A DNA stretch of 64,000 nucleotides, taken from NCBI RefSeq assembly GCF_020745735.1, contig NC_083409.1:11649052-11713051 (forward strand), in the 5' to 3' direction. Shown here piece by piece: positions 25,131 to 36,829 of the stretch (position 1 is the first letter of the stretch; each line of letters begins with the position of its first letter). The notes below the pieces were generated by a model. The model made no database searches. It had not been told where the DNA came from and saw only the letters and a program-made list of their open reading frames with translations. The translations under genes and the position numbers were made by a program. This stretch comes from Hemiscyllium ocellatum. Lineage: Eukaryota.

Positions 25131-27165
25131 TCGTTTGTACAGATCCAGCTGGTTCGATCCTCACAGAGCCCCAGTTTATTTGGACTGTTCAGTAATGTGG
25201 AAATGTCGATGGTGGACTGGGGTACACCTGATAAAGGAGCAGCGCTTCAGAAGCTTGTGATTTCAAATGAATCAGTTGGGCTAGAACCTGGTGTAGTGTG
25301 TCCTCTGACTTTGTATTGTTCAGGCACAGTGAAACAGCTGCTTTCTAGTTACTATGGAGGACTTGCACAGCTGCTGAAGACTATGGGTAATGACTCCTTC
25401 CATTAGCTGCAAACACACCAGTAGTCATTCCAGTGGATTCCAGTGGGAATGACCAATCAGTTGCTTTGACCTAGTTCCCCAGTTAATCAGGCCATGGCTG
25501 ACCTGGAATACATTCTCCCTTTGTCCTGTAAACCGTACTGCCCTGAGTAAATGGATATTGAAACCCAACCTCAACAGCTTTTTATTTTGGATTGAGGGTT
25601 CCAGATTTCCATCACTCTGTCAGAAAGAAATTTTCCTGAAATCGTCTGAATTACAATTTTAACAACCCTCTTGTTCTGGACTCTGGGACTGGAAAAAACA
25701 ATTTACATCAACACTGTTCATCACCTCTGGGGAAAAGTCTCACTGATGTAACCTGTTCTTTCTCATTACCAGTTTCTGATCTGAAGGTGATATCACAGGC
25801 TGGATACTGAGAGGGTGGATCCTGTTATCGGGCAGACGAGGACTGGAGGGCCGGTTTAACACAAACCAGTCTCCAGTTTAAAGGGAAGGAGGGGTTTTCT
25901 TGCTGAGGATTGATAGTCTGTGGAATTCTCTTCTCTACATGGGGATGGAGGTTCACTCATGGAGTTGGCACAAGGTTACAGTCGACAGACTTTTTGATGA
26001 ACAAGGCAATTAAGGATAATGGGAGGGGGTGGGGAAGCAGAAAGTACGGGCGAGACTATAACCAGATGAGTAGTGATCTTCTTCATTGGCACAGCAGCTC
26101 CCAAAAGGCCTGCTCCTGCTCCTGGGCCCTATGTTCTGACAGAGGCTGCAGCAATTCTGGACCCCCATCTTTCCTTTGTCACTCACTGACAAAAATGTAA
26201 TTTTAAAATGAAAATTATTTTTTTGAACAAGACCAACTCAATTCTAGTTGCAGTCATTTTCTTTGCTGGCTTTTAATTTCAACAGGGTTTCAGAAACACG
26301 TCATTTGCCTTATGTTGCAGTGGAGACAGACACAAGGCAGTGAGGCCTCAGAGAACACCGAGAGCTTTCACTCTGCACAACAAGGCTGTCAGCACAAGCA
26401 TCTGGTGACAGGATTGTAGGGGGTTGAAAAGGAGAGAGTCACGGAGAAAAGAGACCTTATAGTTCAAAATAAAACCTCTTCCTATATTCCCACACTTTAA
26501 TGAATTAATGTTAGAGGATTAGAAACCCAGAACGGTGAGAGTGTGCTGGCTCAGAGGCTAAAAGGCAGAGAGCAAGGAGCTGCATTATTCCTTCTCATTA
26601 TTATTTCTGCTTCATCATTGGCAAGCTTCATAAATATTGCCCACCCCCAGTTGCTTGGACGAAGTTCTTTGCTGAGCCAGATCATGGGGTCATTAAAAAT
26701 GGATCATGTCACAGTGGGGCAGGAGTCACAGACCAGGCACCCTCGCCAAAAGAACATTTGTGAACATCACATTGAATTTCATGTCTTTTTTTGTACAAAT
26801 TCCAGCGCCTTCCTTTCCAGATATTACATGGCTCACCACCGCCCTCTCCAGGACAATTAGGGGAAGGCAACCAATAACCAACACGTCAACGCCCGCCCCA
26901 TCCCGGGAGAAATCAGGAGAAATGATGTAAAATTAAAATGATCAAACTGGTGAGGCTTGAATTCATCTCTTTGAAAGACTGGACTCTCGGTCAGAAACAG
27001 AGCCATGACATGGGTGAACCTGGTTTGTCAGACTGAAAGGTGGAGAGTCCTTTGGATTGACGCTGGGATCAGCAAAAAAATGAATTGCACTCAAAGATTG
27101 AACAAACAGCTATCAAAGTGGGTCACCAAACTGCAGAGTACAGCACTTGCAGCGATGCGTCCCCA

Positions 27166-27475
27166 CCACGGTGGCACAGTGGTTAGCACTGCTGTCTCAC
27201 AGCGCCTGAGACCCGGGTTCAATTCCCACCTCAGGCGACTGACTGTGTGGAGTTTGCACGTTCTCCCCGTGTCTGCGTGGGTTTCCTCCGGGTGCTCCGG
27301 TTTCCTCCCACAGTCCAAAGCTGTGCGGGTCAGGTGAATTGGCAGTGCTAAATTGCCCGTAGTGTTAGGTAAGGGGTAAATGTAGGGGTATGGGTGGGTT
27401 GCGCTTCGGCGGGTCGGTGTGGACTTGTTGGGCCGAAGGGCCTGTTTCCACACTGTAAGTAATCTAATCTAATCT
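27166..27475 (+). mobile_element. V-SINE (HE1-like), full length
   Basis: tRNA-like head with A/B boxes; V-domain TGGAGTTTGCACGTTCTCCCCGTGTCTGCGTGGGTTTCCTCCGGGTGCTCCGG; CR1-like 3' end; (AATCT)n tail. Confidence 0.9.
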
Positions 27476-28304
27476 CTCTCCTTGCTGTTGCCCTTCCCTA
27501 ACTGCCATGAGTTTCTTGAAGAGAATCTGACAGAGGGACAAGGTCATGTCCTCGGCCTGAGCACGACTGCCTGACCTGCTGTGCTTTTCCAGCACCACAC
27601 TTTTTGACTCTGAGTAAACTATCCTTCAGGAGAATGAGCTGTGGCACATGGGAAAACCTGGGAGTATTGGAAAGGCACTGGCAGCCTGGTCAGCCTGCAG
27701 AGGGGCAGAAACAGATTTGATGAATGAGATGATATCCTTTCAGAGCTACACAGTTTACATTGTTACTGACGGTGACTCCATGGGCAATGCTCCTGCTTCA
27801 GAGTCAAATGGTCATTGCATTGAAAGCCACCTCAGAAATGAGAGCACAGAATCCAGGCTGAGACTGCAGTGAACTCTGACACAATGTTATGTATGGGATG
27901 TTCATTTAAAGCCCCACCAGCACCATCCAGACCCCAATCCCTCCACCTCAGGGGGCTCAACAAGATCCCATTCTGAAGAGATTCCCTCAGGTATCCTGCT
28001 CAATATTCAACTAATGCCACCAAAAGGATTTGTCTCATCATTCGTTTGCTGATTTTGGGACCTCAGCATTTTGTCTTGTGAAGGTGATTGCACTGTGCAG
28101 GCAGCTTTAAATATCCTGGGATGATTAAAAATAAACACTGCACCAACAAGTGTTCTCTCTTCCTGTCACATAACAGGGGAGTAAATCAGTAACTGAAAAT
28201 CCACACTGAAGGCAAACACTGAAGCTTCAGCTGAAAGGCTTTTTGCACCACGTTAACCTGCGCCCTGGGCATTTCCTTCCAGTGTCCGAGATCGTTACCA
28301 GGCT

Positions 28305-29840
28305 GGGATGGAGGCTTACAGGAGGCTGGAAGAACACAGCAAGTCAGGCAGAATCTGGAGGTGGAGCAGTCAACATTTCGGGTATAACCCTTCTTCAGAA
28401 CTGCAGGTGGGGGTAAGGGGAGCTGCAAATCAAGGTGGGATCGGTTGTTTGCGTGGGTGGAGGGGAATGGTGGAGTGGAAGGTATTGATGGATGAACACA
28501 GGTAGAGGGTTGGAAGTGCTTAGTCGATGGGAGGAATGAATCCATTTGGTGGCTGGAAGGGAGGGTCCGTAAGTGGAATAGAATGGAGGAGGGGGACTGG
28601 AAAGGGAGTCGAAAGTTGGGAAAGGCAGGCTTTTTGAAACTGGAGAACTCAATGTTGATTCCTCTGGGTTGTAAGCAACCCCGGGCAAAAGATAATTATT
28701 TGTTCCTCCAATTTGCAGTCTGATTGCTTATGGTAATGGAGGAGGCAGAGGATAGTCATGTCAGAGAGGGAATAGGAAGGGGAATTGAAATAGGCAGTGA
28801 CTGGGAGGCCAGGTCAGCCTTTGTGAGCCTGGCTGAGATGCTCATCAAAACATGTCCTTAGTTTACGTTTGGTCTCACCGATGCAGAGAAGACCACAACG
28901 GGTGCACCGGATACAATAAACTAGGTTGGAGGAGAGGCAGGTTAACCTCTGTCTGACCTGGAAGGACTGGGGCCCTGGATGGAAATGACAGGGTTTGGTG
29001 TGTGGGCAGGTTTTGCATCTTTTACAGTTGCAGGGGAAGGTACCAGGGTTTTGTTGGGGGAGGAGAGGGTAGGTGTGAAGTGTGGTGAAAACCAAGGATT
29101 GGCAAAGGGAACAGTCGTTGTGGAAGGCAGAGAGGGGTGGGGAAGGGAAGATGTTCTTGATAGTGGGGTCGAGCTGGAGTTGTCAGAATTGTTTGAGGAT
29201 GATACGTTGGATGCGGAGATTGATTGGACGTAAGGTGAAGACAAGGGGGACCCTGTCTCTATTGCATTTTGGAGGGGAGTGTTTAGATTTGGGGAGCAGA
29301 GAATGGAGGAGGTGTGGTGGAGGGCTTTCTGGATGGCAGAGGTGGGAAAAGTACATTGTTCAAAATAAGTGGACATCTGGGACACTTGGGAGGGGAGCAT
29401 CTCCTCGTTCGAGCAGATATTACGGAGATGGAAGAATTGGGAAAACGGGGTGGTGTTCTTGCAGGATACTGGTTGGGAGGAGGTGTTGACCAGGTAGTTG
29501 TGTGAGTCTGTGGATTTACAGTAAATGTCTGTTCCTAGACTGTCACCGGAGATGGAAATGGGGCGGTCAAGAAAGGAGAGGGATTTGTCCAAGATAGACT
29601 ACGTGAATTTAAGGGCAGGTTGGAAGTTCTTAGCAAAGTTGATGAACAGCTCCAGTTCAGCCTGGCTGCAGGATGCAGCACTGATGCAGTCACTGATGTA
29701 ATGGCGGAAGATTTGGGGAACGGTGCCTGTGCATGTACTGGTGAGGTGTTGTTTGTTGTAGCCGACAACAAGCAGACATAGCTGGGACCCATGGCCACCC
29801 ACTGGATTTGGAGGAAATGGGAAGAGTTGAAGGAAGCTGA
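28305..29840 (-). mobile_element. Decayed Penelope-like element, same family as 6340-8790
   Basis: ORF 28814-29095 VYCIRCTRCGLLCIGETKRKL; RT remnants at 29535-29873; pLTR with hammerhead core at ~28370-28398. Confidence 0.85.
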
Positions 29841-30599
29841 CAGATCACATGGAAATGTTTGGAAAAGGTTCACAAGGACACAGTCCAGGCTTCCTGCAAA
29901 TATCAGCCTTCCTTCTATTGAAGTGCTTCTTCACAGGAGCTTCTCTATGGCGGTTTCAAGTACACATCATCCGTGGAAATATCACAGACTTTCTGAAATG
30001 GAATGAACTGAAAGAAGAGAAGGAAATGGGAAGAATTAACCAGACAAGGGTGAGCATCAAGAGAGATGGGAGTGTGTGGAAGACTCTGTGCCATGAAAAA
30101 ATCCCAAAGGAGTTTCACAAGAAAAGCTCGAATCTTTACAAGGATATAACAGGGAGATGACTTACTGACATCAAACAGGTTGGGTGTTAGGGACCCTGTG
30201 CCTCTGGTGCCTAACTCTATATGAGACATTACAGTCGAGGATGGTTGATGTGTAAATAAAGGGTGACTTGATGATGTGGAGTTATTTCATGATCAATGAC
30301 CGCGGGCATAGATTTAATGGAAATGACAGAAGATTAAGAGGGAATGTGAGGAAACACGCTTTCATGCAGAAGGTGGTGGTAATTTGTAACTTGCTTTCTG
30401 TAAGGGTAGTTGAGGCAGAAGCTCTCCCATAACATTGATGTACTTTGATGTGCAGCTGTGATGCCAAGGTTTACAGGGCTGCGGGCCAACTGCTGGAACA
30501 TGGAATTAGAATAGTGAGATGGTTGTTTTGACTGGCTTTGGCTCATTGGGCCGAAGGGCCTTGTTCTTGTAGACCTGTTGTAGATGTCTGACTCTGCCA

Positions 30600-33500
30600 G
30601 GACTCCAGCAATGTGGCTGACCCTTACCTGCCATTTGAAAGGCCGAGCAAGCCACTCAGTTTCAGGGCAGTTAGGGATGGGGAACAAATGCTGGTCTTGT
30701 CAGTGACTCCCACATCCCAGGAAAGAATAGACGGCCTCAGTGGTAACACCGTCACCTGAACCTGCAGGTTTCAAGCCCCACTCCAGACACTGGAGAACTA
30801 TCCTGAGGCTGGCAAAGGTAAAGATGCCATCTGCTGGATGATCGGTTAAACCACTGCCCTCTCAGGTCGACGTGAATATAAGGGCTTTGTGACCATCTCA
30901 CGGAAACTCTCCCCACTGTGCTGACCAATGCTTCTCTTATAACCAATGGTATTAAAACAGATACAAGAGTAAAATACAGCAAATCTCAAATAAAACAAGA
31001 TGCTGGAGAAAGGGAACAGGTGCAGCCACATTAGAGAGAGGAGGTAATAATGTTTTGGATTCAGTGATGTTTTATCAAAAAGAAGCCACAGTTTTTGATG
31101 ATTTTATTTCATTTTAACCTGTTTTATGTTATTTTATTTTATTTAAATCTTGTTTATCAAATTTCAGCCCGCTTGATTGGCACCACATCGACATTGCCTC
31201 CACACTGACCCTCAGTAACAGCTGTGAGCACTATCTACAAGATACATTGCAGAGGTTCAGCAAAGATCCTGAGAGAGCACCTTCCAAACCCATGACCACG
31301 TCCATCAAGAAGGACATGGTAGCAGATACACAGGAACACCACTCTTTGCAAGTTCCCCTCATTGAAATATATCGCTGTTCCTACATTGTTATTGGGTCAG
31401 GCTCATGGAATTCCCTTCCTCCGCACATTGTGGGTCTACCTATAGCACACAGACTGTAACAGTTCGAGAAAGCAGCTCAGCGCCACTGTGTACATGACAA
31501 TGAGAGATGGACAGTAACAAGGCTGGTGCAAAGTAAGAGCAGGTGTGATTAGGGATCTGAAAGTGAGAGTGTGATGGTTCAGTTCCTCCTGGACATCTCA
31601 AGGTTTGTATGAACTTTTGGTCTCCTAATTGCAGAAAGAATATAAATCCATTGGAAGTGTTTCAGAGGAGTTTTATCTGACTGAGTATGAGGGGGCTGTG
31701 TGGTGAGGAAGGATCGGAAAGGCTGGCCTTGATCTCACTGGAGTTTCAAAGAGTGGGGGGTTTTCCTGTCCCACTGTATTCTCCAAACCCTTATCTGACC
31801 CCCTCTTGGGTCATACCCTCCTGCCCCTTACTAACATGGAATCGGACTGCCCAGTCCTGAGGCTTACACCTTCCATCTGGAACAAAGTCTCCAGGTAGCT
31901 CTGACCCTCCCTGATGTATCAAGATTCTTATAACTCAGCTTCCAATCCAAACCCCCTGAGTGGGAGTTGCTGTAGATTTATACAGTCACTACCGATGTAT
32001 TTACCCTGAATCATTTCAGTTTAATGAACAAATGCTGATCCCACTTACAAATGAAAGAAATCAATTCTTTCATGAAACTAGTAATTGTCCTCAGTCTCTG
32101 GATCAATGTTTCACTACTTTTCATTTCTAGGATTTCCCTATTTGAGGTTTCCTAAGCATACTATTTATATGGTTCCTTACACAAATCTCTTCCCAGCTGA
32201 TCTGGTCAACAGACTCCTATCCCCTTGTTTATTATTTTGCTATTTTCAAACCAAGTGCATGTGCAGGCTCCCATCAGCTGAAGTGACAGTCAGTTCACTG
32301 AACTCCCACATTGACCAAACTTCCCAGCATCCCCCTCTGTGCCAGCTGCACTGAGTGCCAACTGCAGGATATAGGCTGCCCTGTATTTATTCTGGTGCTA
32401 ATTGATATCACTTTGTTCTGTCGTGCTATTAGAGTCATAGAGACAGCACAGAGACAGAACCTTCGGTTCAACTTGTCCACGCTGACCAGATATCCCAACG
32501 CAATCTAGTTCTACTTGCCAATGCTCAGGATCAGGGTTAAGTTAGATCATTTCTCAGTCTGAAGCTTCCTTCTTTCAGCCTGAGAAATACGTTACTTTTA
32601 TAACCAACAAATGTGACTTTAATGCTGGAATCTGTTTTGAAGATTAATGGGCTCAATGGTTTGATTCAATGTGGTAAGATAAGAAATATCTGTGTCACTT
32701 GCTGTAATTCAGTCTTCTCTAACCAATCTCTTCAGGGGCCAGGATGAGTGTGAGGAGATTGGGTTTTGATGGAACTATCCACAGACTCAAGTCAAAAGAA
32801 GCAAAGCAAGAAAGACAGGTGGATCAAATACAAGAGAGCACATTATGAGGGAAAACCAATTATTACCAAAGGAGAGAGTGACAACATTGAATTGCTTCTT
32901 GTGTCATCCTCTGCGCCCTTACGTTTCACAGTGTCAGCTCCACATCCTTCCATTGGCTTTGTCATTGAGAGCCAATGGTTCCTTTCCCACAGCCCTTTTT
33001 AAAATGCCCTGCCCAGGGAATCACTCAGACAGAGAATATTTCACCTTTTCTGGGAAGGTTGGAGAAATATTGGATGTCGATGAGCTGCTTTCTCAGACTT
33101 CAGGGTCTGACAGAAGGATGTGTGTAGGCTGTGGATTCTGGAGACAGATCACTGAGATGTTCCTCACTCCCATCAACACCTGACTTTATCCTGAAATCAG
33201 TTTCTATTCTTCATTATAAAGTACCCCCACCAGTTTCAGACTAGACATTTCACACCCAGCCCCCATTTCCTCACATTGGAATCAAGAACCAAACTTGCCC
33301 CATCTCAGGATTGCCCTCTGAATGTGGTGTCAGTGTGCTAATGCTGTGTTTGATGAAAGAGCCACAGTGGAATCTGGGACTGAATCCAAGGGGTTTCTGA
33401 TCCTACAGCAGCCTCCTTGCTGTGTGAGATTCTGTTTGGATAAGATTTCAGCCCCATGGTTCCCACTGATACGAGAACCATGGAGTGAGAGTGCTGGAGC

Positions 33501-34270
33501 CACGTGTGGACTGAGGAACACAACAGTCAGGACAATGAGCTGCTCTGGAATCCATCCTGAGCACTGGATGGTTGTCACTGAGATGGCCCAGGGGCTACAG
33601 AATATGACAGCAGAAAGTGGAACCAGTTTATCATTGACTGTACCCCCCAGCCATGACTCCCAGACTGAACATTCTCAATCTGACTCCAGGGACACACGGG
33701 GCAATTCCATCTCATTTGAAAAGTAAAGAAAACCCAGGTCTAATTTATGGAATATTTATTACCCAAACCCTGTGGAATTGTTATTTTGAGTTCCAAGATT
33801 CTGCTGATCATATTGATCAATAGAGTGTCCCCAGTGACCCTGATCTGAATTGCATGGCTCAGGATCTTGCTGTCCCTGATGGATGGGTTGGTGTGGAGGG
33901 GGAATTGCCATCAGAATATTTTGTTCCAGGGATGGATCAAGTTAGTATAGTGGGTGACAAGGTGGCTCAGTGGTTAGCACTGCTGACTCATAGTGCCAGG
34001 GATCTGCGTTCGATCCCTGCCTCAGGAGAATATCTATGTGGATTTTGCACATTCTCTCCAAATACAAATCAAATGCTGTATGGAATATTTACTTTGCAAA
34101 CCCTGTGGGATTGTTATTCTCGATAGTAAGATCCTGCTGGTCAAATTGATCAATAAAATGCGAACTGAACTGCTCGGCTTGGGATCTTGCTGTGCTGAAA
34201 GGATGTGTTGGTGTTCAGGGGAATTCCCATCAGATTATTGTGTTCCCCATTGCCCCCTCTATTCTCCCCT
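30600..34270. repeat. Right outer arm of inverted duplication (pairs with 15560-19943)
   Basis: As above; carries a ~1-kb private segment at 31720-32720. Confidence 0.9.
33952..34060 (+). mobile_element. V-SINE 5' fragment
   Basis: GGTGGCTCAGTGGTTAGCACTGCTG head plus start of the V-domain; separates two ~190-bp tandem copies. Confidence 0.6.
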
Positions 34271-34386
34271 TCCTGCTCCATACCTGGGGGTGGGGTGGAG
34301 CTTTTCACTTCGTACACCTATCCCTGAGGACTCAGCTCTGGCCATTCCCAAAGCACACACGAGACAGAGACTGAATCTTCTTCATC

Positions 34387-34392
34387 TTTATT
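34387..34392 (-). terminator. Probable polyadenylation signal AATAAA of the functional light-chain gene
   Basis: AATAAA about 530 nt after the stop; conserved at the paralogous position of the pseudogene copy (11185-11190). Confidence 0.6.
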
Positions 34393-34920
34393 CCCTTTTC
34401 CAGATTGACATTGACAGAAAACAGACTGCAATTAACAGCCCAGACAGAGGAAGCTGCTCAAATTCACAGCCACAATGGAGCTTGAGGAAAACACTTGTGG
34501 AGATTTTCTCAATAACATGAGAATCCTGTCCCTTTAAACAGTGACAAAACCTTAAATTGGAACTGGTGGCTGAGCAGAAAGGAGGTCTGTTTTACTGAAA
34601 CAGAGACTTTTGAGGTTCACATTGTTTTTGCACAGCTGACAGTCTTTAGCATCTTCGGAGAGGTTTTACTTGACATCGCAAGTTAACACTGTCCCCATCA
34701 AACACATCCAGGTCAGGGAAAGCATGGGACTAGATAAAGAGTAAAGTTTTCTCTACACTATCCCAACGACCAGCCTTAACCCCTGAAGCTCAGAAGTATC
34801 TCCAAGCCAGTCCTGAGAAGGAAGAGAGTTGAAATTCAGTGCTGACAATGACCTTTGACCTGCCAGCTCAGCCCTGTTCTATTTAAAGTTGTGTCTCCTC
34901 TGTGGACTGTCTCCAACACT

Positions 34921-35249
34921 CTACACACATTCTGATCTCCTGATGCTCTTGCTGAGGGGAGAGGGGAGGGTCACGTGGGTGAGGGCACAGGAGAAGCGAG
35001 CGTTGGACTCCCAGTCAGACTCAGAGAGGGTCAGCAGGCTGCTGACACTGTAGGTGCTGTCCGAAGCTCGCAGGTAGTTGCTGGTCTGAACCCCGTCCGA
35101 AATGACTGCACCGTCCTTCTTCCACTGCACCTCCAGCTCATCGGGATAGAAGTGATTGGCAAGGCACACCAGGGTGGCAGTGCCCTTGGCATTGACCTGC
35201 TCCGGGGAGGGGGGCAGCAGGGTCAGCTTGGGCTGAGAGTTGTCACGGA
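34921..35249 (-). CDS. IGKC: Ig kappa-type constant exon, intact ((I)RDNSQPKLTLLPPSPEQVNAKGTATLVCLANHFYPDELEVQWKKDG...FSCALTHVTLPSPLSKSIRRSECV*)
   Basis: TTTCAG acceptor; 329 nt + 1 nt from J gives 110 codons in frame; C1-set Cys/Trp/Cys and penultimate interchain Cys; TAG at 34923-34921. Confidence 0.96.
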
Positions 35250-35878
35250 CTGAAAGACAAGAGAAACAATTTTAATCCCTGCCTTTTGAAGGTACATAAA
35301 CTCTCTGAACAGTAACTGGTAAAACATTTGAACATTTGTACCCAGTACCTAGCAGACCTGACAAAGCACTGGCATTTTAAAAATTGCTTTTTGGGACGTG
35401 TACGGCACTGGCAGAGCCAGTCGCTGCCCATCCCTAACTGTCTCTGAGAAGGTGATGGTGATGCAGCAGAATGATAAGGGACAGTCCTGGACCACCATTT
35501 GAGGAATGAATGTGGGCAGCTGGAAGGGCTATCAATGTGGGAGCATTTTAGTGACAGTGATCGGAACTCAGTGAGATTGAGATTAGGGATGGAAATGGAG
35601 AACCGTGGAGCAAGTGTAAAAGTTTTGATTTGGGAACAATCCATTTTACCAAACTGTGTGGTAATTTGATAAAAGAGTACTGGAACCATCGCCTTGATGG
35701 GAGATCAGTGACAGGGCAGTGGGAGGTCTCCAAGGATGAGACAGGCACAGAGATCATTCAGAATCTTTTCCCAAAAGAGTAAGAGTGGCACTCCCAAAGA
35801 GAGAGTCTCAGCAAAGATGTGAAACTATCGATATGATGTGGAGGCTCTGGTGTCCAACTGGGGTGGACATGTTCAGGA

Positions 35879-36041
35879 GTCACATGACACCAGGTTACAG
35901 TCCAACAGGTTTATTTAAAATCACGAGCTTGTGAAACGCTGCTCCATCTTCAGGTGAAGCGACTTCAGTGCTGAAGGAACAGAGCTCTGAAAGCTTGTGA
36001 TTTGAAATAAGCCTGTTGGACTATACCTGGTGTCGTGTGAC
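35879..36041. mobile_element. ~160-bp palindromic element made of two head-to-head pLTR-like halves, in the J-C intron
   Basis: 35879-35953 is the reverse complement of ~35967-36041; related single halves at ~3340, ~10280, ~25225. Confidence 0.65.
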
Positions 36042-36829
36042 TTCTGACCTCAAATGAAGCCCCGTTAGAGCACAATGAGAGAACTGTGTGCAGTTCTGGT
36101 CACCACATTGCAGGAAGGATGTGATTCCCCTAGAGATGGGGACAGTGGAGGGTTTTGTCAGGAATGAGGAGTATTAGCTTTGAGGAATGATTGGATTGGC
36201 TGGGACTGGTTTCTTTGGAACACAGGAGGCTGAGGGGAGATTTGATCGATGGTGTGTAAAATGATGAGGGGTCTGGATAGAGTGGGTAGGAAGAACTGAT
36301 TTCCATCAGCACAGAGGGCAATAACCATGGGGAGAGATTGAAATGAATTGGGGGCAGGGTTCGAGGGGAGTTGAGGAGTAATTGTTTTCACCCAGTGGCT
36401 GGTGGGATCAGGACCTCACTGTCTGAAAGGGTGACAGCGGCAGAAACCCTCATCACATTGAAAAAACACTTGGATATTCACTTGAAACACCAAAGCCTCC
36501 AGAGCTATGGAGCAAGAGCTGGTATGTGGGGTGGAGTTCGACACCTCTTTAACAAACCTCCGATCACTCACAGCTCGGGAGAACTTTATCCAACAACATT
36601 GGAGCAGAGTTGGATCAGCACACTTCAGGAAGGAGTCACGTTGGGTGTCCATGTAGAAGGTTCTAGATTTTGTTTCAAACCTTCCAGCTCAGCGCTGGGG
36701 TAAGGTCAAATGTGAGGGTGCAAAGAGTCTCAGTGTCCTGGGATCAGACAGTGACACTGCTCTAAATGATCCCATGTTCCCTGGAAGATGGAAGCGTGCA
36801 TCCAACGGGCAAGGGTCATGTTCAGGAGA

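Noticed and set aside
24936-25406. Ser/Leu-rich ORFs
   Set aside because: Translation of the (CT)n microsatellite.
27166-27235. tRNA gene
   Set aside because: It is the tRNA-derived head of a V-SINE, continuing into the V-domain and LINE-like tail; no full cloverleaf.
33322-33726. Open frame shared by both palindrome arms (also 15860-16228)
   Set aside because: Differences are mostly nonsynonymous (about 8 vs 3 synonymous), as expected for neutral DNA; no recognisable domain or ATG start; shared openness follows from ~96% identity.
1-34900. Kappa-deleting-element-like 23-RSS 3' of C
   Set aside because: Plus-strand CACAGTG heptamers checked (3629, 7684, 10173, 10919, 25325, 26710, 27175, 32927, 33363) lack an acceptable nonamer; best was 6/9 with an 11-nt spacer at 10173. 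Manual scan only.
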